A stretch of DNA of 64,000 nucleotides, from assembly GCA_040954595.2 (NCBI GenBank), contig CM082590.2, positions 11,160,655 through 11,224,654 on the forward strand, written 5' to 3'. Shown here in pieces: positions 27,501-39,066 of this stretch. How positions within the stretch are numbered: the stretch's first letter is position 1; each line of letters opens with the position of its first letter. Source of the DNA: Balanoglossus misakiensis (Eukaryota; Animalia; Hemichordata). The position numbers and the translations under genes are program-made. The notes under the pieces are model-generated. The model searched no databases, was not told the origin of the DNA, and worked only from the letters and a program-made list of their open reading frames with translations.

Positions 27501-28525
27501 TATGTCCTTTCTGTTTCAGATCTCAATAGCAAATTCAGAAAGGAATAGATTTAATGTTGATGAGCTTGACCATGGTCAGTGTCATGTTGAAATACTGGAT
27601 GTCGGATGTATCGGCCCGTCTCTTCATATGGTGCTTGGAGGACAAGTTATGTATAAAGACAAAACAAATACGAATCGAAGGTTATTCTACAGTTCTCCGT
27701 TGTTTATAAGTGACTTCTTGAGGTATGTACCTTATGTTTGGATTAACTGATTCATAGCAGGGCCAGGGCCTAACCCTTTATTTCTGAGACACACAACATA
27801 TCAGTTGGAAGTATTTGTAACGCCTTTTCCAACTCTTCCTCAGAATGTATAATGTGACCACAGAAGAATTTGGCAAAAAGTGGACCAGTCATTCCAAGGA
27901 TAAGAAAATCACAGTTCAGAGAGGAAATATTCAATCTATAGAAGACTATATGAAGATTGTACAGGAAAAATTTCATCTCTATCCAGTCCAGATAATAGGT
28001 GAGTAAGTTTTACATTTCTCCCAGTATATTTTATTTTATTGCATGTTTGTTTTGTGTATCAACTGTAGTTTCTTGTTCTAATCTCTGAAGCATGATGAAA
28101 TGCCCAACATTTAGTTTGTCAATGCAACATCTTGTATATATAGTCAGCATTGTTATTGTACAACATTTGAATTCAAGTCCGGACTAGAATTCATTTGTCA
28201 ACAATAACAGTGGCCATTTACACACATGTTGACAAGCAGAGTACTCAGGGTATATTAGGAATCTGTTTGAAGAACACAGAAGAAAAATGTTGGAAAACAA
28301 AGCCAAAAGATACAGCTAATGGATCTTTATGTTATCTATTTTCTTCTTTTTGTCCTTGAAGGTCATGAAGGTATATCTTGTGGTAGTCTGCTACAGATGA
28401 CAAATAATATATGCCTTCTGCACGGGAAATTGATACCACCTAACTCTCTAGAAATTTGGATCAGGTCGAAGAGTCAGCTGTTCTCTGATGCTGTTGCTAA
28501 GCAATGTGCTTCAGTGTTTTTGTGA
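18525..28525 (+). CDS. AP4E1: AP-4 adaptor complex subunit epsilon, ~22 coding exons
   Basis: Start MSDIMEKTLASLPG; RLIYCEMLGQDASFGYIHALKFAQQGSLLDKRVGYLAVSLFLHE; ALCDKDPGVM; YHHIPAPWLQIRIL; WVLGEF; low-complexity hinge (26422-27282); ear domain ending at stop 28525. Closely matches remembered human AP4E1. Confidence 0.95.
22498..22657 (+). other. U12-type (minor spliceosome) AT-AC intron in AP4E1
   Basis: 5' splice site ATATCCTTT after GCT GAA AA; branch site TTTTCCTTAAC at 22637-22647; 3' end ...GGACAC. Splicing restores LAEK-FSPRVEWYLNTINQVF, collinear with human LAEK-YAPDNAWFIQTMNAVF. Confidence 0.92.
22925..23016. mobile_element. piggyBac-type MITE copy in an AP4E1 intron
   Basis: TTAACCCTTTAACC...GGTTAAGGGTTAA, with the family internal sequence. 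Confidence 0.75.
25420..25500. repeat. (GT)n microsatellite in an AP4E1 intron
   Basis: Direct TG repeats. Confidence 0.85.
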
Positions 28526-29378
28526 TGATAACGAAGAGGCTTAAATGGTTTCTATGGTGATACAACAAGAATTACATGTGGATGAGTGCAGCGAGACAAA
28601 GAAATAAATCGTACAGTCCACCATTTCATGAAAGTATTCGTAAAGTGCCAGCAGTGTGAACACTCTAAGCTCGCATCTACTGAGTTAACAGCCAGAAAAG
28701 GGATGTGTCTTTACCGGCTACTAGTCAATGACAAAAAAAAACACGGAAAATATTCTTCCAATGCATATAAAATAGTCGAATGTCATTGCATCTTCCATAC
28801 GTACACATGTAATTTAGTGAAGATGTACTTTTCGAAGTGAACTTGAATTTGTATTGTAAAATTTGTGTTGGTCTGTTGTTTGAAGATGTCTATTTGACAA
28901 TTAAATGTGTTGCATTTATGTTCATCAAATTACAGACACGTCCAAGAGTTGTACTTTTGCCAGGGCAATATTGGCAATGACCATTCAATTGTAACCAGAT
29001 TTATACTCTCTTGTCTGTGTTTAACACTGTCACCTACTTATGGTAAAGTTGGACCTCTTTAAGAGGGAAACGGAGGTAAAGGGTTCAGAGAAGATTGATT
29101 ATTCCTCTCGGCCGTTGCTCAGATGGAGCATTTATTGTGCACTTGTTGCTTGGTTACAAAATTCATTTAAAAAAGTAATTTTAATTTGATACAGCAGATG
29201 TTTTCTGGGTTTCACAAGCTGTTGAAGAACTTCCAACAAACATGAAATGAATTACAATTCATGGAATACTGACACCAAACTACAGTTACATCGAGCAACA
29301 GATAAGATATTTGCAGCTGTAGACATTTCTCAGTTGGTGAAGTGCAGCTTTTTCAAGTCATTCAGAGGAACACAAAGC

Positions 29379-31808
29379 ATGCAGAAGAAGAAAATTTTTG
29401 TTAACGCTTGCCTAATTTCATTGATATTTGTGTTTGTTGTGAGTGTTTTAAGGCAACAATTGACATACAGTTCTCAACAAGTCTGGTTACAACCACTCAA
29501 GGTAAGAAGCAATATTATTATTATTATGTAATTGTACAATAATTCATAGTGAAATGAAGGATGCATAATGGAAAAAAAATGATTTCAATATTTCTGACTT
29601 CACCCTTTCAAAACCATGGTTTGGTCCAACTCCATTGTTGTCAATAGCAATTTCTTGACTTTTACAGCTATGCAAGCTTAAAGAAAAACTCTAATTGTAT
29701 AGTATTTCTTATTATTATAGCCAGCAAACATGCAAAAAGATGATGTCCACCCGAATGATAATGGCACCAAGCATGGTTTATGTGTTTCATCTGAAAAGAT
29801 ACTAAGGCAAGACAATGAGAAGGATGAAGAAACAGCAACGCCATCAAAGTCTGGAGTACAAACAATAATAAAAGGTAACAAAGATATATCCGGTATGAAC
29901 ACCAGCAAAGTCGATGTCTCAAAACGTTACCTGTTACATATCAAGACAAGCATGGGAAGTGGTGCGAACACACAGTACTATGGTTTTAAATTTACTGTGA
30001 TGTTTTCAATGCTGATGAACTTCACTCTGGTCATGAATCCGTTTTTTCTCATTGGTGGACATGTGCGAGGATCGAGCCTCGAACACATGCGATCGTTCAA
30101 TGACACCTTTGACGTGGCAGTCTTGGAAGAAGTGTTGTCATTGGCAACAATTGATGAATTTAAGCAGAATTGTAACTCAGATAATACTGTGATAATCGAA
30201 GTCGATGTGAACACCTCATCTTATTTACCAGTCAGAAAAGCAATATACCAAGACATGATAGGAATCGATCTTCCACGCAAAGTGCCCTTTATAACTTTCA
30301 AAGACATGGAACTTGATCAGATGGTGGAATCACTTAAAGATATGAAATGTGTTGCGCTCGCTGGAAATAAGTTTATCTTTTCAAAGATTGATAACGAAAC
30401 AGCACAGACTTTGAAGACAGAATTATTAAAACATCTGGTACGATCGCCACAAGTTAGACAATTTGTGGATGGCTTATCCGAGAAGATCTGCCATGGTGAA
30501 CCATATCTTGCATTCCATTGGAGAAACAAGTCCGCAGAGATGCCGTAAGTAGCATTTTTTTCCGCATGTTGGGAATAACTTTATTTTTTCGCCCATTTTC
30601 ATGTAAGGTACAGCTTCTATTGTTTGATTGTACACAAATAAACTGCCCTGACAGTGTCCACTGCTGCCAGTCCTTTGAGGTCACAGAAGTTGCCACATGA
30701 AAAAGAAAGATAACTATATGTAAAGTGCAGCCATGTTTCACCATTTGGAAACCACGACTTCATCAATGGACAAAACGTAGCACATGTGCGCTTGCTTGAA
30801 AATCTTTGCTGCACTGAAGGTATTAAAATATATAGAGTATGAGATCTCCACAGTGTGTGTGTTCATGCATAAATACTCCTGTATCTGTGGTGACAATTTT
30901 GTTCTGGCATTTGGACAGGAATAAATGTCGCATTCAAAAGGTTAAAACATCGGAAGGTTAAGAGGGCTGTACATCATGCCATCGAAATCCATTAGGTGTA
31001 AAATCATCCTTACGACCGATATTGACCACTCCCTTTCACTGGTCTTGTAACATCAGTTTAATTTCCACTGTCGCAGTCTAAGTGATACTAAGAACGATAT
31101 TGTTTCCAATATTATAGGTGTTTCTTTGGGCGTGAAAAATACAAACATGAATGTGATGATGTCATTAAGGGAGTCGCAAAACTGGCAGAAATTGGTCGTG
31201 ATGCTCTTGTTGAGTTGATGGAGAAGGAAAAGATACAGTGCATTTATGTTGCCTGTCCCCTGTGGGCTATGGTATGTTCAATTCTTTATATTCTCTTTCT
31301 CTTTTTTTTGTATAATTTGTATTTTTGTAGCAAACACATGATTTGAAACATACATTATATTACGTGTGGCTATTGGGAGTCTTCTAACTGTTATGTGGTG
31401 CCATATTTTCAGGACATACGGGACATCCTGTCTACAAAGATCCCAAGGGACCATGTCATTACTTCATTAGATCTGCATATGCCTGGACAAAATAAGAGAA
31501 TGCTGGAAGATTTTTACATGCTCTCACTTGTGGAACAAGAAATTGCATTCAGTAAGTCAATCAACAAAGCCAATCAGTTTCAACATGTAATGCTAATAAA
31601 CAACTCTTGTCGACTTGCGGAAGATTTCATGCAGCAATGATCATTTTTGTCTTCTCTCTCATCTCTAGGAGCGGACATCTTCATAGCTGCTGGATTTTCA
31701 AAGTGGTCAGACTTTGTCTCTGACAGCAGAAGAGTTGTTGGAAAAATATCGTACAATATCCGAGATATTGCAGATGTACCCGAAGGTGTTGATAAACGGA
31801 TGATGTGA
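29379..31808 (+). CDS. GDP-fucose O-fucosyltransferase-family (O-FucT/POFUT-like, GT-B fold) type II membrane protein; exons 29379-29501, 29721-30544, 31118-31271, 31413-31551, 31669-31808
   Basis: N-terminal TM (MQKKKIFVNACLISLIFVFVVSVL), GSGANTQ motif, YLAFHWR (HxR GDP-fucose-binding motif), IYVA, and SLVEQEIAFRADIFIAAGFSKWS (cf. POFUT D/EQ.I...A..FIG...STFS). All splice phases are compatible. Confidence 0.75.
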
Positions 31809-32187
31809 TAGCCAGAAACTTATTATTGGTTTGGTTTGATGCAAGACCATAGATGAAAAGAGAATAATAGTAGAACTGTTGCTGGTATTGTAGCCAGGTC
31901 ATTGATTCAAGCATGGTCATGGTGAATAGAAAAATGAATCAGGTAATTGCCAGTTTTGTGACCTATGTCATGTCATCAATTGCTCTGTCCAGAAACAACA
32001 GATATCACAAGCACCACATTGAGAAATTCTGCCTTTTATTCACCCAAAGCAAGTTTTCTTACAAGATTTCAACATACTGGTAGCACAGAAGTGATGTGCA
32101 TTCAAAAGAATATTACAAAACATATCTTGAGTGTCTGTGTAATACATGTACATTTGGTATAATGTTCATTTAAACTGCTTGTATAGG

Positions 32188-33890
32188 CTATGTTTCTATT
32201 GCGGGCTCGTCAATGTTTTTTTCATTCATTTTTTCAAAATACTCTAGATAGCTTTTCTTTTTCTTCATCACGTAATTTCTGACAATAAGTTTGACGTTGA
32301 CTGTCTCTATTCCATTTATCTGAAAATATAAATAAGAAAAAAATTGAAATTAATACTGGTTGATGGAACTAATCTTGATTGAGAGTCGATTTAAATATTT
32401 TGGTATTTTTCTGTCGTTGTGATGTGTGCAGATAATTTCCTGGTAAAGTTCTTGAAACTTCTTTCAGCGATACTTACAGTTATCTGAATGGGATATTCAC
32501 CAAATCTTGTAATTGGAGTGTCTGGCAGTTTGAGGGCATACTCTGGTACAATCACACCAAGCTGCAATGGAGAAAACATAAATAGAAATGATGTTAATTT
32601 ATGATGTGTGCTCATTGGCTAGAATCAGACACATGAGAGGGAAATACAAATGACTATTTCCCTAGGGAAACTGTCACAGAGTTTCACAGAAAATAGTATT
32701 TGTCAACCAAACCATGATCTTAAAAGGGATATGTATCAAGGTATCTGTATTCTCTGTGTGACATACTATTATATTTTTGAAAACCCTCATCTTTCAATGT
32801 TTGACATACCTTATGTTCATAATAGTCAATCACGTGATGTTTTTCTATTTGAAATTCCTGATGATTACGCATTGATATAATCACATCGTTTCTCTGCAAA
32901 TATTCTATAGTCTGCAAGAGAGAGAAAAATCACATTCAATGCAACAACTTGATTTAACATTACTATAATGGTTAGGGTTAAATATGTAGCATAGTTTATG
33001 ACTATATGACTTGGATTTTGTGAGGTATGATATTGTGGCAAAGCGTTTTAAGAAGACATTAGCACATTGTGTCACTTGATGTCTACAAGGTATGTTCATA
33101 ATAATATTATTATACATCTAACTGCATTGTCATGGCTTTTCATGCATGTAGACATAGTTTTCCGGTACGTATTTGAAGCCAGCTGTTTGAAGTTGCTTAC
33201 CTTCAATGCTATTCTTGACAACCTGGGTTCTTCTTCTCCATCTTTAACCTACATAAACATACAAATAATGATTGATGCTGAATAGGTTATTTGTTCAATT
33301 CTCATAGAAGACACAAACAAAAATCACATTTGCAGAAATTGTCCTTCACAATATATGTATATTCAAAGCTGTACAGACCTTTCTTTGCTGACAGTATTCC
33401 TTGATATTTTCGGGTGATGGATAAACTGCCAAGCCTGGAGCCAGAAGCTTATTCCGACCAACTTGTTTTGTAACTGTTACAACTTCGCCCTGTTGACCAT
33501 ATTCTGAAAATTTTGAAAGCCTTGGAATTAATTGGTTATGCTATTGAAAATTTGACAATTAACTCATTAAGTATTAATATAACGAACACTCACTTTTACA
33601 TTGATTAAATTTGACTTACTTTCAACATCTTGGATGAGAATCAGTTGCATTTTTTCCTTCGGTTCATGTTTGAGGTCTTTCACAACTCGGTAAACCTTAT
33701 GTCTCATCTTCAGTTTGGGCATCTTTCCTTTTTTGGCCAGGCCTGGGGGGACCATTCTCTCTACAATCACAGTTGTCTGCATGTAATAAAAATATACTGG
33801 TTATTCACTAAACTCAAGTCTTGATGATGATTATGATGATGGTGGTGGTGGTGATGATGATGATGATGATTATGATGATAGTGGTGGTGG

Positions 33891-33921
<31 letters not shown>

Positions 33922-34321
33922 GATGAAGATGATGGTGGTGATGATGATGATTATGATGATGATGGTGGTGGTGATGATGATGATGATGATTATGATGATG
34001 GTGGTGGTGGTGATGATGTTGAAGATGATGGTGGTGATGATGATGATGATGACGACGACGACGATGGTGGTGATGATGATGAAGATGATGGGGACGACGA
34101 TATGTATAAAAGAGGTATGGAGGTGGATCGCACTTACAAAATCAAACCGAGTCAATTGCATTTTGTGTTTCTAAATTCAGAGTTGCCATGACAACGTTGT
34201 GTGTGGGGGGGGGGGGGCACACACTCACCCGACATGGTGGTTTTGTAAGCACCGAACTCAGCTGCAAGATTTGGCGAGTTTGTAGTCGTGCTGCAGTAAT
34301 CAGACTGTTGATCCCCGCCAT
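32188..34321 (-). CDS. MRPL9: Mitochondrial ribosomal protein L9 (bL9m)
   Basis: Basic targeting peptide MAGINSLITAARLQTRQIL; TTVIVER..PPGLAKKGKMPKLKMRHKVYRVVKD; VGRNKLLAPGLAVYPSPEN; LGVIVPEYALKLPDTPITRFGEY; INGIETVNV; stop at 32188. Confidence 0.92.
33823..34101. repeat. Compound (GAT/GGT/GAC)n trinucleotide repeat in MRPL9 intron 1
   Basis: About 280 bp of GAT runs interrupted by GGT, TAT, GAA and GAC units. Confidence 0.95.
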
Positions 34322-34718
34322 AAGTGTAAATCTAAGTCTTAGGATAGTGTATGTATTGTCGATCAGTCTTGCACAAACAAGCTTTTCCGTATACAACGAA
34401 ATCTGGGCAGTATGATCGTTGATCAACACATGGAGGCCGCCATTGGTGTGACCTTTACAAGAGGTCATCCTCGTTCTCATAATGAAATGCATCACAGTGT
34501 TTAAGCTTGAAAATAATCGCTCGTAAAGTACAAACATTGCAACGATATTACAGAGTAGTGGATAATAAAACATTAAATAAAATAATATGTATAAGAATAA
34601 ATAAAATGGGGGATATATTATGTTCTTTTCGAGGCTATGAATAGGAACATGGTAACGACAGGTCAAGGGTCATTGGGATCAATTCGAGCAGACAGTAAAC
34701 ACTTCGGAGATCGTCAAA
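34322..34718. promoter_or_regulatory. Probable bidirectional promoter between MRPL9 and COMMD4
   Basis: The divergent start codons are only ~400 bp apart. Confidence 0.6.
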
Positions 34719-37324
34719 ATGGTGAGTTATATTTTATCCTCTGGGAACCTGAACGCCTAACGACATTCGCGTGATGACAGTGACTATAAGTAATCGTGGG
34801 AACATCATTTCTGAAGTGTTATTGTGACAAGATCGTCGAAAACCGTCCGTCTTAGTGGTGTAGGAAGGGGGCGTGTCTGTATCATGGATCATGTCTCGAG
34901 TCCTTTTCTACGTGAATTATTTCTGTAGAAAGAAATGCATCATAATACAATGTACAATGCCCTGGCAAACTATAAGTAAAATCGAGCGAACTTATGGCAT
35001 GATATCAAATGTTAACCGACAAAATGATCGTAGTTTTTTGTGAATGAAATGAAACTTCCGGGTTTGATGTTTGTTGTTTATTTCTGTCGTGAACTCATCA
35101 TCTTTATTATTTTCATTCCATTTCAGAGATTCAGGTTCTGTGGAGATCTTGATTGTCCAGACTGGGTGTTGGCAGAAATTGCCACTCTCTCCAAAATTGT
35201 AAGTATGACAATTTTTCAGTTTTTCAAGTTCTCTATGACTGGTTGACCCCCCCCCCCCCCATAATTTTGATTACCACATGCAGTTTTTCTCACTCCTTCC
35301 AATAATAACTCTTTCATTTTCTTTTTATGACAGACATCTATAAAGATGAAATTACTCTGTGCACAAGTGATCAAAGAACAACTGGGAGATTCAATTGATG
35401 TGAGTATGTCACAAGTCAGAGATCATTCATATGAGGTGCCTTATTGATTTTCTGTAAACATCATGGTACGAATAATTTTTCTTTATCATTTATCATTTAT
35501 TTACAGTATGATAAAGTGTATAAATTGACATCAGATGCTAAATATGGTAAGTGCCATATATTACACATTGTGCCATTGGATAACATTTCATGTGTGTTGA
35601 TGAAAGAACATTTGTCATCCAATCAGCGCTTGTGTCATATCATGTTTTGTTTCTTCACAGAGATTGGTGATGTTAAGGGCGCCATAGCAGCATTGTCATT
35701 CATCCTGACCAGCGCAGCTAAGAACAACGTCGATGGTGACTCACTCTCCAACGAATTACAACAGTTAGGTCTACCAAAAGGTCTGTATCATCAACATTAA
35801 TCTTTATCATTGTGTCATCACATCCAAGCAGACATGGCCAGAAGGAGACCAGTATATCACAGAGTCAAACTTGGAAGCCCATTTTATTCGTTTTCATTCT
35901 TTTATTGCCACAATTTAAAAAGAAAATACATAATGTGACAGAGAAATGGCAAATACATATATACTGCCACATGAACCACTTGTTACCTCTGTTAACCCTT
36001 TCATCCCCATTTCCTTCTTAAGAGGTCCAAACTTACCATAGAAAACAATGGGTTTGGACTGATCCATAGTGGCGAAAGGGTTAATGTTTTTTTCACTCTC
36101 ACCCACAGAGCACTCTGTAGCGTTATGTAAATCATACGAAGACAAACGGAGCAAAGTTCAAGAAAACTTCAAAAAACACAGTCTTCGATGTAAGTGCACT
36201 AAAACTATAGGCTAATTTCACGATCCCTATGTGACCTCTACCATTTTGTTGGTAAAGTCAAACCAGTGTTAGTGACCACCTCTATAGTTATATAGTGGCC
36301 ATGTTGTTACAATCGCTCAGACCATTGACGAAAGTAAACAAGATGTAGTCTATGCGTTGTGTGTTCAAACACAAACGTTTACAATACTCATATAAATAGA
36401 ACCCCTGTTGTGTCATCGTTTAACATTTGAGATGTATTTCTCAATCTCTGGTTTCTTTTTATCTTCCAGTGTCACATCTAGAGTCAGTTCAATGGAGGGT
36501 GGATTATATTCTCAGTTCCAGTAAATTACAAGAAGTCAACGAACCATACATCCAGATAAGATTGAAAGTTCGAGATCCCGATACAAATCAGAGTGAAATG
36601 TCTGCTTTTACAATGACATCTGACAAGTTTAGAGTATTTCTTAATGGTAAGTATAACCAAATTTCTTCTAAGCATTCTTCCTGTGCTGAATTGGTAGCGT
36701 TTCTTGTGGTCAGTTTACACATATTGACTGGCCATGAGGGCAACAGCATATGTCTGTAACCCAAGGGACTGTGAGTCACCCCTAAACAGACTTTTTCCCC
36801 GAGGTCTGTTCTGGCGGGTACCTCACAGTCCTGATGTATGCTGTTGCCTGAAAGGCCAGTCAATATGTGTTTTGTAACACACCTCATCCGCAGCTATGCA
36901 TAAGAACTCGCCATACACAAAGTGAGCGGGCATCATTTTTCGAAACTGATGCCCGGCAGGCAAAAGCACAAAAAGAACGCATATCACGTGACTATCAATT
37001 GACGAATAAGAACGCAGTGTGCAGATGATGTGTGTTACAAAATTGTATCTTTCTCTCATGCTACATAAAATTAACAAGAATGATGAAAAGAGACTTAGAG
37101 AGACTAATTATTTTCAGAGTTAATCCACTAAACTTGAGATTTCTTTCTGTGCCTAGATCAAATCAAAATAATTGCTCTTTTAAACCAGAATTGAAATGTT
37201 TCAGATGGACATGGAAGTTCCATTTTTACTCCAACTCTCATGTTGATTACTGCTGACATAAATATGTGTTTTATTTACAGAATTGAAGCAAGCACACAAG
37301 CTCATGGACAGTCTCCAGGCATGA
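34719..37324 (+). CDS. COMMD4: COMM domain-containing protein 4
   Basis: ATG-only first exon, then [50 protein letters not shown] and the COMM domain [12 protein letters not shown]; ends [14 protein letters not shown]. Confidence 0.95.
35992..36084. mobile_element. piggyBac-type MITE copy in a COMMD4 intron
   Basis: TTAACCCTTTCATCCCC...GGCGAAAGGGTTAA. Confidence 0.8.
36717..37042. mobile_element. Bipartite double-foldback element in the last COMMD4 intron
   Basis: Hairpin 1 (36717-36870): ACACATATTGACTGGCC...GGCAACAGCATA / TATGCTGTTGCC...GGCCAGTCAATATGTGT, with nested stems. Hairpin 2 abuts it (36870-37042): TTTTGTAACACAC..CATC / GATG..GTGTGTTACAAAA. Confidence 0.65.
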
Positions 37325-38212
37325 ATTCCTTCAGCAGTTTGAGTTTAACAACAAGAGTCCATTAATCAAAAGATGTTTTCAACTTCTGACAGCTAGCTAC
37401 CACACACTGAAACCTTTGGATATGAAGTTCAATTTTTTCTTACTTTTTGGACGACTATGTCACTTGTAAGATTCCATAATTGGTGTTCCTTGAAAGGAAC
37501 ACCTCTTGATATAGCTTTTGTTTTTTATATTAAAATAAATTTAATGTATGACAACGCATGGATTCTTATTTGGGTTAAATGTATGTATGTACATATGTAT
37601 GACAATATTGAATGTCGATAAATAAAGGATGATGACGAAACTGATGCTAAACCTACTCTTCGCCAACATTATTTTCAAGATTTGTGGGCACTTACACTAA
37701 GGAGAGTGCGAGAATTGGCTATTTGTCCCTTATGATGTGAAACAAAGTAATTTTGCTTTGACTGTTGCGAGAGGGTGCTCGTAATAATTTGAAAACAGGC
37801 GAGGTTCATCTGCACAGCAGGGAACTCGTTGGCTAGGTTTTACAACGACAGTATTGAATTTGTCGACAAATTATGGATTGCAACAGCAAAACAGATGTAA
37901 AACCTACTTCTCGTGAACATAATTTTCAAGATATGTGGGCAGCTTCACTGAAAAAGAGCGAGAATAATTACAATAACAAAAATAACTTTATTGCTCGACA
38001 ACACACTCATTGTGTGCATGATTTTTAACTTAAGATAGACAATTGTCAAGGTAGTTTAAAAGAATCGGTTATACTTTCTAGCTGGGTTAAAATTATTCTC
38101 TGTTTGGAGAATGAAAGGCTAACGCGCCCAGAACCCCCCTTACAGCCTAAAACAAAGTAATCATGATTATTATCGCAATGGCGGTGCTCGTCATATCAAT
38201 GGCCTTATCTTA

Positions 38213-38226
38213 CCACTAGGGGGCGC
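38213..38226 (+). promoter_or_regulatory. Consensus CTCF motif CCACTAGGGGGCGC, followed by an E-box (GTCACGTG) and a CRE-like motif (GTGACGTC)
   Basis: Matches the CTCF core CCACYAGRKGGCRC and lies between convergent genes. Binding is not shown. Confidence 0.5.
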
Positions 38227-38427
38227 ACTATCGTCACGTGCTTGTTCCGCGAACGAGGCTGGAAGACGTGACGTCTTGGTATGCAAACTCAGATGAAAAA
38301 GGGTCCTCGTAAGGAAGACGTGTTGTGTAAAGACCTCTCCGACTTAGTCCGTGTTTTTAATTATTTAATGTGAAGGGCAGTTTTGGTGTGATAGTCGTGG
38401 CTATGCCACGCAGATGTAGCAAAACTT

Positions 38428-39066
38428 GGCGTTTTCTACTGGGACGTTTGTACTCTGGGCACCGTACTCCTCACGGGATCTGTTCACTCAGATCAGTACA
38501 CGTCCTGGTGTTAATGCCACGCAGATATGATGTAGCAAAACTCGGCGTTTTCTACTTGGACATTTGTACTCTGGGCACCGTACTCCTCACGGGATCTGTT
38601 CACTCAGATCAGTACACGTCCTAGTGTTAATGCCGAGGGTTGCTGCAGTTTTGCAGCCCCTCCGTCTCCCCTGGACGATATTTGTTTTACGGGGAGAGGG
38701 CGGGGCTGCAGGTCCGAGCTATTCTAAACCGCACAACCAGCGACCGAAAGAATTGGGTCGGAGCGAATTTCTACACTCCAGTCCACAATTTTACACAATT
38801 TTCTCGCCAACTCGGTCCCAGAACCCATTCCACGCTTGCCTGGCAAAGGATGTCACGGTATTTGTCGATTTTGCCTATGTTTTCCCAGTTCTTAAACCAA
38901 AATCGGCAATGGGTTTCAAAACAGCCGCCATCTTGACTTGTATACTTGACCCTCTCCCCATATAAACAAAAATCGGCGTTTTCTACTTGGACAGTTGTAC
39001 TCTGGGCACCGTACTCCTCACGGGATCTGATTCACTCAGATCAGTACACGTCCTAGTGTTAATGCC
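38428..39066 (+). repeat. Three copies (38428-38518, 38544-38634, 38975-39066) of a ~91-nt unit folding into a stem capped by two hairpins; a structured spacer separates copies 2 and 3
   Basis: Near-identical GGCGTTTTCTAC..TGTACTCTGGGCACCGTACTCCTCACGGGATCTGTTCACTCAGATCAGTACACGTCCTRGTGTTAATGCC units. Confidence 0.85.

Noticed and set aside
28148-28212. Imperfect palindrome centred on AGTCCGGACT in an AP4E1 intron
   Set aside because: Short and degenerate with no TSD; probably a decayed MITE and not informative.
33814-34174. Poly-Met/Val and poly-Ile/Thr ORFs
   Set aside because: Translations of the intronic GAT microsatellite in MRPL9 intron 1.
38428-39066. Repeat-spacer layout suggestive of CRISPR
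   Set aside because: Eukaryotic context, 91-nt repeats, irregular spacers and no cas genes.
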